Assembly: GCA_036845225.1 (NCBI GenBank)
Contig: DAIUEJ010000010.1
Span: 387 to 64,386, forward strand
Origin: Candidatus Anoxymicrobiaceae bacterium
GTDB taxonomy: Bacteria; Actinomycetota; Geothermincolia; Fen-727; Anoxymicrobiaceae
Length of the DNA stretch: 64,000 nucleotides
Direction: 5' to 3'
The position numbers and the translations under genes were made by a program. The notes below the pieces were generated by a model. The model did no database searches. It was not told where the DNA came from and saw only the letters and a program-made list of their open reading frames with translations. This document shows, piece after piece, positions 29,151-36,772 of this stretch. Every line of letters begins with the position of its first letter. Position 1 is the stretch's first letter.

Positions 29151-29663
29151 CTAGATGAACGAGTAGATCACGGTCGCGCCTACGAGCCCGACGGAGAGCG
29201 GCACCGCGTAGGGTATCCTCACGGGGTCTTGCGGACTCAGGGCGTTCGACAGCCGCCACCCGGCCGCTCCCAGGAGCAGGAGCCTGCCATGCAGGTCGCG
29301 GAGCGACCGGGCACGCCGCGCTATCGCGATAAGCGCCAGCACCCCGCCGACCGCTGCGCCGATAAGGAAACCCGGCCAGAGCAGCCTCCATCCCGTGATG
29401 GCGCCGGCGGCCGCCAGGAACTTCACGTCGCCGCCACCGACCATGCGGAGCGCGAACGGCAGCAGCAGGATCGCAAGGCCGAGCAGCGCACCGGCCAGGC
29501 TCGACGCCAGGCCCGCCAGGCCGGCTCTGACCGTGGAGATGCAGACACCTGCGGCCAGGCCTGAGGCGTTGAGCCAGTTTGGTATCCGGCCGGAGCGTAC
29601 GTCGGCGGATACGGCCCCTGCGCACAGCAGCGACAACGGAAGAAGGACCGAGAGCGCTCTCAA
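29151..29663 (-). CDS. A24-family prepilin peptidase (TadV/CpaA-like, no methyltransferase domain)
   Basis: TTG start 5 nt after GAGG; 170 aa polytopic membrane protein, DVRSGRIPN region. Confidence 0.6.
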   Translation of the reverse strand: MRALSVLLPLSLLCAGAVSADVRSGRIPNWLNASGLAAGVCISTVRAGLAGLASSLAGALLGLAILLLPFALRMVGGGDVKFLAAAGAITGWRLLWPGFLIGAAVGGVLALIAIARRARSLRDLHGRLLLLGAAGWRLSNALSPQDPVRIPYAVPLSVGLVGATVIYSFI

Positions 29664-29673
29664 GACGCCTCGA

Positions 29674-29850
29674 TCAGAAGCCGTTGGTCAGCTTGGAGAA
29701 GATCTTCGAGAAGAAGTCCTTTACCGCTTTGCCTCCCGCCGCCCATGCGATCAGCGCGCTGGCGACGGCCGCCGCGCCAAGGATCACGAGAGCGTATTCG
29801 GCAGTGGTCTGCGCGTCCTCTTCGTAGATGAGTCGCTCGATCTCGCCCAT
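29674..29850 (-). CDS. flp: Flp/Fap-family type IVb pilin (58 aa)
   Basis: ATG 29850 preceded by GAGGAGG; MGEIERLIYEEDAQTTAEYALVILGAAAVASALIAWAAGG... matches the Flp TA(I/E)EY-hydrophobic motif. Not in the ORF track (short). Confidence 0.6.
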   Translation of the reverse strand: MGEIERLIYEEDAQTTAEYALVILGAAAVASALIAWAAGGKAVKDFFSKIFSKLTNGF

Positions 29851-30285
29851 GTCATACCTCCTCTGAAAGTGGACCGAAGCTGTTGCCGTATCGCCGCGTG
29901 AGCCACCGGCGCGCCTCGCGACAGACGCAGGGACTCACGCCCTTTGGAGAGGTGGGAGAAGAACAGCAGTACAACCAAATGGTAGCATCGGCGACTCAGC
30001 AAGTCAAGCAAAAATGCCGAGCCGGCCGGAAACCGTAACCATTTGAGCACAGGCGCGTCTAAGCGTTTGAGGAAAGGATCTCAGAAGATGCACCAGATCA
30101 AAGACGCGCAGCATCCTGGAGCCGAAACCGCGAGACAACATTGGAACCTGCACGCCGCTGCGTTTATCGCCGGGCTGAGGATCGTGAGAGGGCTGGAGAA
30201 CGCTTTCGCCCGCGGCGCCGGAACACGAAGTCGCAAAGCACAGGTGCTCGACACGGTCACCTCGTTGCCCGGCCGGTGACTCCCG

Positions 30286-31686
30286 TCACTTGATGCCGGA
30301 TATCGAGAGGAGTTCGTCGAGTATCTTCTGGCCGGGGTTACCCGCGGCCACGACAGGCTGGCACCAGTCCTGTATCACGTAGGGGATGAACTCCAGACCC
30401 GTGAGCATCGTCCCGCTGTAGCTGCACTTCATTATCAATCCCTCGCGCGTGTAGTCGTGCTGCATCTGGTCGAAGATGAAGTTGCCGAGGGAATACGCGA
30501 TCAGCTTGCCGTTGTACATCTCTATCGACTGGATGCAGTGCGGGTGGCCGCCTATCACCAGGTCGGCTCCCGCGTCGCACGCCAGGTGCGCCATGTTTCG
30601 CTCTGAGGCCGACGGCTGGTGTTTGTACTCCTCGCTCCAGTGGAAGCACGCGACCACGAAGTGGCCCTCGCTCTTCGCCTGCCGGACCGACGAGGAGACC
30701 ATTGCCATGTCATCGGCGTTGTCCTTGGCCCACGGTTTCATCCGGATCCAGGAGACCCCCGGCCTGGTCGCCGTCGCGTTCAAGCTGCCGATGATCGTGT
30801 TGTAGTCCAGGAAAGCGAAGCTGGTCCCGCCCGCCTCCACGACCGCCGGGGCACGGGCCTCGTTGACGTTCATGCCCCCGCCGACGTATGCGATGCCGTT
30901 GTTCTTCAGCAGCGCGAGCGTGTCGGTGAAAGCGTTGAGGCCGAAGTTCGTGCTGTGGTTGTTTGCCAGCGAGACTATGTCGATGCCGAGCATCTTCAGT
31001 CCTTGCACGGTGCTGCTCGGGGCGATGAAAGCCATGCCCTTGTGGGGCGGCTTGACCCGGTCGGAAAGCGGAGCCTCGAGGTCGGCGTAGACCACGTCCG
31101 CTCCTTTCACCACCGGGGCGATCTTGCCGAACGGGTATGCGACCCCGTGGATCTCCATCATCTTTGCCACAGTCCGCCCCGGGATTATGTCGCCGACGGC
31201 TGTGACGCTCACCCGTTGCTGCGTCTCGTGGTAGCCGTCCAGGAATCTGGAGAGCCTCGAGACCGTGTCGTCTTTCCCCTCGCAAGACAGCCAGTAGTCT
31301 TTCGGTGGGCGCAGGACCACTGTCCTGGCCCCTGCCTTCAGCACGAGGGCGGGCACCGGATGCACCTCGACCGCGCTGCGGCCGTCCACTTTTTGCGCGC
31401 CCAGGACGAGCCCGGCGTCGGGGCTGGAGGCATACGTCACCGCCGGGTCCGGGTGCGCCTTCATGAACGCGTCCACGATCGGCTTGCAGTCGGCCTGCGC
31501 CTCCAGCGAGATATATATGGTGTGCGACCTGGCCTGCACGCTCTGCCGGTACAGGTAGGTGCCCGCGAGCGTGAGGGCGACGAGCGCCACGATCGAGACG
31601 CTTGCTATGACCGCTACCCGCTCGGACGTGGGCATGCGCCGCCGCCCCGCAGGCTTTCTTCTCGCCATTTCACTCCAGAGGATCAA
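30286..31686 (-). CDS. CapA-family (PGA_cap) metallophosphatase-like membrane-anchored protein
   Basis: N-terminal TM then CapA domain (ANNHSTNFG, GGHPHCIQ). Confidence 0.6.
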   Translation of the reverse strand: MILWSEMARRKPAGRRRMPTSERVAVIASVSIVALVALTLAGTYLYRQSVQARSHTIYISLEAQADCKPIVDAFMKAHPDPAVTYASSPDAGLVLGAQKVDGRSAVEVHPVPALVLKAGARTVVLRPPKDYWLSCEGKDDTVSRLSRFLDGYHETQQRVSVTAVGDIIPGRTVAKMMEIHGVAYPFGKIAPVVKGADVVYADLEAPLSDRVKPPHKGMAFIAPSSTVQGLKMLGIDIVSLANNHSTNFGLNAFTDTLALLKNNGIAYVGGGMNVNEARAPAVVEAGGTSFAFLDYNTIIGSLNATATRPGVSWIRMKPWAKDNADDMAMVSSSVRQAKSEGHFVVACFHWSEEYKHQPSASERNMAHLACDAGADLVIGGHPHCIQSIEMYNGKLIAYSLGNFIFDQMQHDYTREGLIMKCSYSGTMLTGLEFIPYVIQDWCQPVVAAGNPGQKILDELLSISGIK

Positions 31687-31856
31687 AAGATTGCCCTGCT
31701 GTGTAAAGTATTCTCCGAGAGACCTCTCAACTCATTTCTGCCGGTGTTTCCGGGCCCGGCGGTTGAATACCAGTTGAACGCCGTACGCGTTATATTTGGA
31801 GGGAGCAGGGCACTCAAGCGCCCGAGGGGGCTCGGGACACAGCGCTGGGGGAGTAG

Positions 31857-32369
31857 ATGCGGTACCGGATCGGGTTCGTCACGGTTGTGGTTCTGGCGTG
31901 CGCCGCCGCTACTGCACTCGTGATGCTCCTGGCCGCCGGCCCCATTCTCGCATCCGACGATTACCAGCAGATCAACGCCGACGGCTTCGGCTCGGGCGCC
32001 GCAATAGGCGAAATCACCTGCTCGGCGGTCTGGAACGGCCTGGTCTACTTCGGGACGCGCAACAGCTCTGGTGGCTGCAACATCTGGCGCTACGACGGCG
32101 GGTCCTGGAGCTAGTTCGTCAGCGACGGTTTCGGGGACCCCAACAACACGGCCGTCACCTGCATGCTCTATTACTCCAACTCGTTGTACGTCGGGACCGA
32201 GAACCTCGTGCGGCGGTCCTTCAACATGGGCGACGCCCTCGGTGGGGACACCAGAGCCGCGATAGTCGTCCGCTGCCTCACCAGCCGAAAGAAGATCCTG
32301 GTGGAACGTTCGATGTACTGGAACAGCAGAGGCGCGGGCACGGACACAATTGGGGGCTACTCCGACTAG
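31857..32369 (+). pseudogene. secreted repeat protein interrupted by in-frame TAG (32112-32114); C-terminal SMYWNSRGAGTDTIGGYSD motif
   Basis: Track ORFs 31857..32114 and 32163..32369 are in the same frame (both coordinates divisible by 3) separated only by TAG; signal peptide MRYRIGFVTVVVLACAAATALVMLLAAGPILA; DGFG...C...LY.GT repeats continue across the stop. Confidence 0.5.
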
Positions 32370-32376
32370 TGTCGCG

Positions 32377-32559
32377 TCAACTCTCAATTGTCGGGTAAAG
32401 CCGCGATAGCTTTATCCGGGCATCCTCGGTTGTAAACTGCCAGTTGACCTTGGCGTTCTTGTTGTTTCTGTGCTCTTGCCATGCCCGCACTTCTCTTCGG
32501 ACAACATCAATATCGTCGATCCTTCCTGCCACGACTCGGTCGGCATGGACGCCCCACAC
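32377..32559 (-). mobile_element. IS630/Tc1-like transposase C-terminal remnant (60 aa)
   Basis: ...AWQEHRNNKNAKVNWQFTTEDARIKLSRLYPTI resembles the conserved C-terminal tail of IS630-family DDE transposases; no catalytic domain present. Confidence 0.45.
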
Positions 32560-32874
32560 ATGAGCTTCTACCTGCCGGACGGCGAGACGTACAACGGGAC
32601 CGAGACCTGGACCCTGGTACAGAACCCGAACTCGAGACCCGTCCAGGTCGAGATAAGCTACCTCTGCGCCAACGGCGTGGGCAACGTGGTCTTCACGGCG
32701 ACCATCGGGGCGAACTCGCGCCAGTCGTTCAGCATGGGGGATAAACTGCCTGCCGGCCGCGCCTCGGTCATGGTCAAGAGCAAGACCGCCGGCCTGCGCA
32801 TCATGGTCGAGCGCTCGATGTACTGGAACAGCCGCGGAGCGGGAACTGACACCATTGGAGGCTACTCGGACTGA
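32560..32874 (+). CDS. truncated paralog of 31857..32369 (shares identical C-terminal 21-24 aa)
   Basis: MSFYLPDGETYNGTETWTLVQNPNS aligns with FVSDGFGDPNNTAVTCMLYYSNS of the upstream gene; ends ...IMVERSMYWNSRGAGTDTIGGYSD. The track ORF starts at GTG 32470, but its first 30 codons overlap the IS fragment antisense. Confidence 0.45.
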   Translation: MSFYLPDGETYNGTETWTLVQNPNSRPVQVEISYLCANGVGNVVFTATIGANSRQSFSMGDKLPAGRASVMVKSKTAGLRIMVERSMYWNSRGAGTDTIGGYSD

Positions 32875-33279
32875 TTTGACTCTCGGGGCCAGGTCCTTAT
32901 TCTAAAGTCGAAAGCGCCAACTTGATGCACCACTGGGGTCAGGCACCGGTGGTGCATCGTCACAAATCCAGTGACTTAAGAAAAAGGACCTGACCCCCAA
33001 AAGTTAAGCCCAAAAAAAATTCAAGAAATTTTCATTTCGGCAGGAGGAGCAGGGGACGCGAAGAATAGTGTGGTTGCGTTCATCGTTCAATGAAAACTGA
33101 AGAGAGCAGATAAGTCCCAGGTGGGGCAGCCGTAGATACCTCGCGGCAAGTCAGTTCGGTAGGAGCCGTCCCGGGTGAGGCGGACCGTCACCATCAGCGA
33201 TCCGGGAGCACGTTGATGGGGCCGAGGTGGGTTTTGGTGAAGAGGTCGGGTTGTCCCACCTGTTCTTTGTGCCCGTTTG

Positions 33280-33576
33280 TCAGCGCCTGATCAGCACAGC
33301 GAGAAGGCGGATGAGCGCCAGGACGATGACGGCCCCCACAAAAGCGACGAACAGGCTCCACCAGTTGAAGCCCGTGATGCCTTTCGAGCCGAGTTGGTTG
33401 AACACGAGCCCCCCCACAACAGCCCCCACTATGCCCGCCACGATGTTGAGCAGGCAGCCCATCTGCCTTCCCAGGCCGGTTATGAGACTCGCGAACCAGC
33501 CGGCGAAGCCGCCGAGAATTATCCAGGCGATGATGCCCATCAGTATCCTCCATGATCCGTAAAACCCACGGGACAT
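33280..33576 (-). CDS. GlsB/YeaQ/YmgE-family transglycosylase-associated membrane protein
   Basis: 98 aa; GIIAWIILGGFAGWFASLITG...IVAGIVGAVVGG is typical of the family. Confidence 0.7.
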   Translation of the reverse strand: MSRGFYGSWRILMGIIAWIILGGFAGWFASLITGLGRQMGCLLNIVAGIVGAVVGGLVFNQLGSKGITGFNWWSLFVAFVGAVIVLALIRLLAVLIRR

Positions 33577-33616
33577 GATGATTCTAGCGCAGTTGCGGTC
33601 CGGCCGCCGCCGGCGT

Positions 33617-34492
33617 TCAGAAGACGCGCTGGAGGGTCGCGAGGAAAGTCGGCCCGACGGTGAGGAGGACGGAAGCGGGCAGTATCAGGAAGATCAGGGG
33701 AGCGAGCATCTTGAGAGGCGCCTTGGCCCCGGCCTGGCGCAGCTGATCGCGGCGCCTGAGCCTTATCTCCCGCGAGAAGACCTCGAGCGAGACCGACAGC
33801 GAGTGGCCGCGCCTCTCCGCCTCCAGGAGCGACCTGAGCAGGGAAGACAGCTCGCTCACCGGGCACCGGCAGGCCAGCCGCTCGAAAGACTCTTCTCTCG
33901 TCGAGCCCAGCTCCATCTCCCGGACCGCCTGAAGAAGGAACGGCCCCAGTGGCTCGGGAGCCAGGCGGGCGGCGCCTCTGAAAGCCTGGTCGAGGTTCTT
34001 TCCCCCGAGGACGTGGGCGTAGAGCATGTCGGCCGTGTCGGGCAGCGCCTGCCGCACCGCCTCGACGTGCCGGGCGCGGCCGCGCGCCGAGACCAGGCGG
34101 GGCAGCAGCAGGCCGAACGCCACCAGGATGGGAGCGAGGGCCAGGCCCAGTCTGGAGAACCGGGTCAGAAGAAGCACACCTACCGGCAGCCCCAGTGACG
34201 CCCAGAGGCAGATGCCGGCCATGCGGGGCACGCTGAGCCCCGGGCTGTCACACAGGGGCGCAAAGCGCGAGAACAGTGGCACCCGGAGCCGCGCCGGCGT
34301 CAGCCTGTAGGGGAGTTGGAGGAGAGCCTCGAACTTCCGAACGCCGTGCCGCGGGCAGGCTGCGGGGTCTTCCTCCGGCTCTCCTGAGGGGTCGAGCGCC
34401 CGCAACCTGGCGAGCGTCCCGTCTCTGGACTTGCCCCGGCCGAACCACAAAAAGACCATCGAGAGTGCCGCGGCCGCGCCGATCATCAGCAT
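33617..34492 (-). CDS. type II secretion system F-family platform protein (TadC-like)
   Basis: 291 aa polytopic; T2SSF-like helical domain (DMLYAHVLGGKNLDQAF...). Confidence 0.6.
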   Translation of the reverse strand: MLMIGAAAALSMVFLWFGRGKSRDGTLARLRALDPSGEPEEDPAACPRHGVRKFEALLQLPYRLTPARLRVPLFSRFAPLCDSPGLSVPRMAGICLWASLGLPVGVLLLTRFSRLGLALAPILVAFGLLLPRLVSARGRARHVEAVRQALPDTADMLYAHVLGGKNLDQAFRGAARLAPEPLGPFLLQAVREMELGSTREESFERLACRCPVSELSSLLRSLLEAERRGHSLSVSLEVFSREIRLRRRDQLRQAGAKAPLKMLAPLIFLILPASVLLTVGPTFLATLQRVF

Positions 34493-34505
34493 GTCTTCGC
34501 CGTCC

Positions 34506-35477
34506 CTACCCCTTGATGTTCAGTATCTTCTTTATCCAGAGAAAGCCGAGCGCGTTGAGGACGACCGCGATCCCGAGGATTATGAGCCCCGGCGTGGTTC
34601 CCACGAGGACAGCGAGAGTGCTCCTGGAGATGAGCGCCGAGAGCCCGAGGAATATCAGCGGCAGGGCCGCGACCACCCGTCCGGACATCCTGCCCTGGAC
34701 TGTCTGGGATTCCAGCTCGCGCCTGATGGCCGAGCGCTCTCTCACCGCCTCACCGATGGTGTCCATGATCCTGCTGACCTCGGCCCCGGTCTCGTGCGAC
34801 GTCGCCATCGCCTGGGCGATGAGCTGGAGGTCCCTGCTGTCGAGCTCGGCCGCGAGCTCCACCAGCGCAGCGTCGACCCCGGCGCCTGCCGCGACCTTTG
34901 ACTGGAACCGTGCCACCGCCTCGGTGACCGGCGGACCCGATGAGCGCGCGCAGAGCGAGAGGGCGTCCTCGACAGGGACTCCGCTGCGGAGGAACAGCGC
35001 GAGGTCGGAGGCGAGCGCCTCGCACTGTTCCCTCGCCTTCTGGCGGCGCGAGCCGGCGAGCAGTCGGAGGACGGCCCCGGGCAGGCTGAGCGCCGCGGCG
35101 AGAGCGGCCGGGAATGCGAGGAGGCTTCCCGTCAACAGGCAGGCGCCCGCCGGGAGCATCACGGCGCTCGCGAGCCATCCCCGCCACAACACGTCCCACC
35201 TGACCGGCACGCCCGAATCCTCCAGTTGTTTCTTGAGGCGGCGGGCGACCTTCGTGTTCTCGAGTCGCCGCGACAGGCGCGCCAGCAGGCGCCACTTCCT
35301 CACTCGAAGAGCGTCTTCGCCCTCCTCCGGCCCCAGGTGCCTGCGGATGTTCCGCCGCGCCGCGCTTGATGAGCGGGCGTGCCTGCCGACCCAGAAGAAG
35401 TAGACCGCCAGCGCCGCGAGCACGGAAAGGCCCAGCCACCTCACCGGCACACCCCCCCGCCTCGCTCGGGGCCGCAA
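34506..35477 (-). CDS. type II secretion system F-family platform protein (TadB-like)
   Basis: 323 aa; LFLRSGVPVEDALSL...LIAQAMATSHETGAEVSRIMDTIGE. Confidence 0.6.
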   Translation of the reverse strand: MRPRARRGGVPVRWLGLSVLAALAVYFFWVGRHARSSSAARRNIRRHLGPEEGEDALRVRKWRLLARLSRRLENTKVARRLKKQLEDSGVPVRWDVLWRGWLASAVMLPAGACLLTGSLLAFPAALAAALSLPGAVLRLLAGSRRQKAREQCEALASDLALFLRSGVPVEDALSLCARSSGPPVTEAVARFQSKVAAGAGVDAALVELAAELDSRDLQLIAQAMATSHETGAEVSRIMDTIGEAVRERSAIRRELESQTVQGRMSGRVVAALPLIFLGLSALISRSTLAVLVGTTPGLIILGIAVVLNALGFLWIKKILNIKG

Positions 35478-36616
35478 CTGAAGAGCTGCTCGAGGCTGTA
35501 GTCGCCGTCCCTCGCGAGCGACACCGAAGAGACGTGGGCAAGGACCCTGGCGCCGTCCTCGCTGCGCTGGGTGTGGAGCACGAGGTCCAGGGCCGAACCG
35601 ATCTGACGGCGGACAGCCGCCTGGTCGAGGTTGACCTCGGACATCAGTACCATCGTCTCGAGCCGGTCGAGCAGGTCGCGCGGTGAGTTCGCGTGGGCGG
35701 TCGACAGCGAACCGGGGTGGCCGGTGTTCATCGCCTGGAGCATGTCCAGGGCCTCCGGCCCGCGGACCTCTCCGACGATGATCCGGTCGGGCCTCATCCG
35801 CAGCGAGTTGCGGACCAGGTCGCGCACCGTCACCCCGCCCCGCCCCTCGATGTTCGGCGGCCTGCTCTCGAGGGATATGACGTGCGGGTGCTCGATCTTG
35901 AGCTCGGCGGCGTCCTCTATTGTTATGAGCCTCTCCGAACGGGGGATGAACGACGAGAGCATGTTCAAGAGCGTCGTCTTGCCGCTGCCGGTGCCGCCCG
36001 AGATGACCATGTTCGCCCGATGCTTCACGGCCTCTTCCAGAAACGAAGCCATCTCGGCGGTCATGGTGCCGTTGGCCACCAGCTCAGGAGCGTCGAAGGC
36101 CCTTCTTCGGAACTTGCGTATGGTGACGGCCGGGCCGTTGAGGCAGAGGGGAGGGATGACCGCGTTCAGCCGCGACCCGTCCGGCAGGCGCGCGTCGACC
36201 ATGGGGCTCGTCTCGTCCAGGCGGAGGTTGAGCGGGCCTATCGCGCGCCGCACCAGCGCGACGACGCGGGCGTCCGTTCCTATGTCGAGCTCGAGCGGCT
36301 CTATCCGCCCGCTCCTCTCTACGTAGACCTCTTCAGGGCCGTTCACCATGATCTCCGATATCTGGGGGTCGCGCAGCAACACCTCGAGCGGGCCGAGCCC
36401 GTAGAGCTCGTCCGACAGCTCGCGCGCAAGCTGGCACACCATCCGTCTGGGCCACAGGCACCCCTCGGCCAGCAGGGCTTCCTCGACCCTGCGCTCGAGA
36501 TCGGTGCCGCCCGCCCCCTCCTGGCTGACGAGCTCGTCCAGCAGGCGCCTTCGTATGGAGCTCCGCACTTCGGCGGGGATCTCGAACGATTCGTGGGACG
36601 CGGGAAGGACGCTCAA
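35441..36616 (-). CDS. cpaF: CpaF/TadA-family pilus assembly ATPase
   Basis: ISGGTGSGKTTLLNML Walker A; IIVGEVRGPEALDMLQAMNTGHPGSLSTAHANS typical CpaF. Confidence 0.8.
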   Translation of the reverse strand: MSVLPASHESFEIPAEVRSSIRRRLLDELVSQEGAGGTDLERRVEEALLAEGCLWPRRMVCQLARELSDELYGLGPLEVLLRDPQISEIMVNGPEEVYVERSGRIEPLELDIGTDARVVALVRRAIGPLNLRLDETSPMVDARLPDGSRLNAVIPPLCLNGPAVTIRKFRRRAFDAPELVANGTMTAEMASFLEEAVKHRANMVISGGTGSGKTTLLNMLSSFIPRSERLITIEDAAELKIEHPHVISLESRPPNIEGRGGVTVRDLVRNSLRMRPDRIIVGEVRGPEALDMLQAMNTGHPGSLSTAHANSPRDLLDRLETMVLMSEVNLDQAAVRRQIGSALDLVLHTQRSEDGARVLAHVSSVSLARDGDYSLEQLFSCGPERGGGVCR

Positions 36617-36772
36617 TGGTCACCTCCGGAAGCTGGAGCAACAAAAGCAGTTCAAGCAAATGTTAACACAAGCAGAACAGGCAAATCAAGCCCGGGCCAC
36701 CGTAATAAATACCCGGCCCGGCGGTCGTACAGGTGTGAAGATAGTAGTGATACGATTCAAGGAGGCAATCAC

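Noticed and set aside
30043-30279. 78-aa plus-strand ORF in the flp/capA intergenic region (RBS-like aggaaagga before an internal ATG)
   Set aside because: No family resemblance; it lies in the probable promoter region of the flp operon and has an Arg/Ala-rich composition typical of GC-driven ORFs.
32112-32114. In-frame TAG as a pyrrolysine (amber recoding) codon
   Set aside because: No pylTSBCD-like genes or tRNA are visible in the window and other genes terminate normally at TAG. A pseudogene or sequencing error is more parsimonious, though the whole genome could not be checked.
36617-36772. Hairpin CCGGGCC...GGCCCGG in the cpaF/sigma-fusion divergent intergenic region as a riboswitch
   Set aside because: Only a single 7-bp stem with an AT-rich loop; no recognisable conserved motif. 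More likely a promoter/operator element, which cannot be substantiated from sequence alone.
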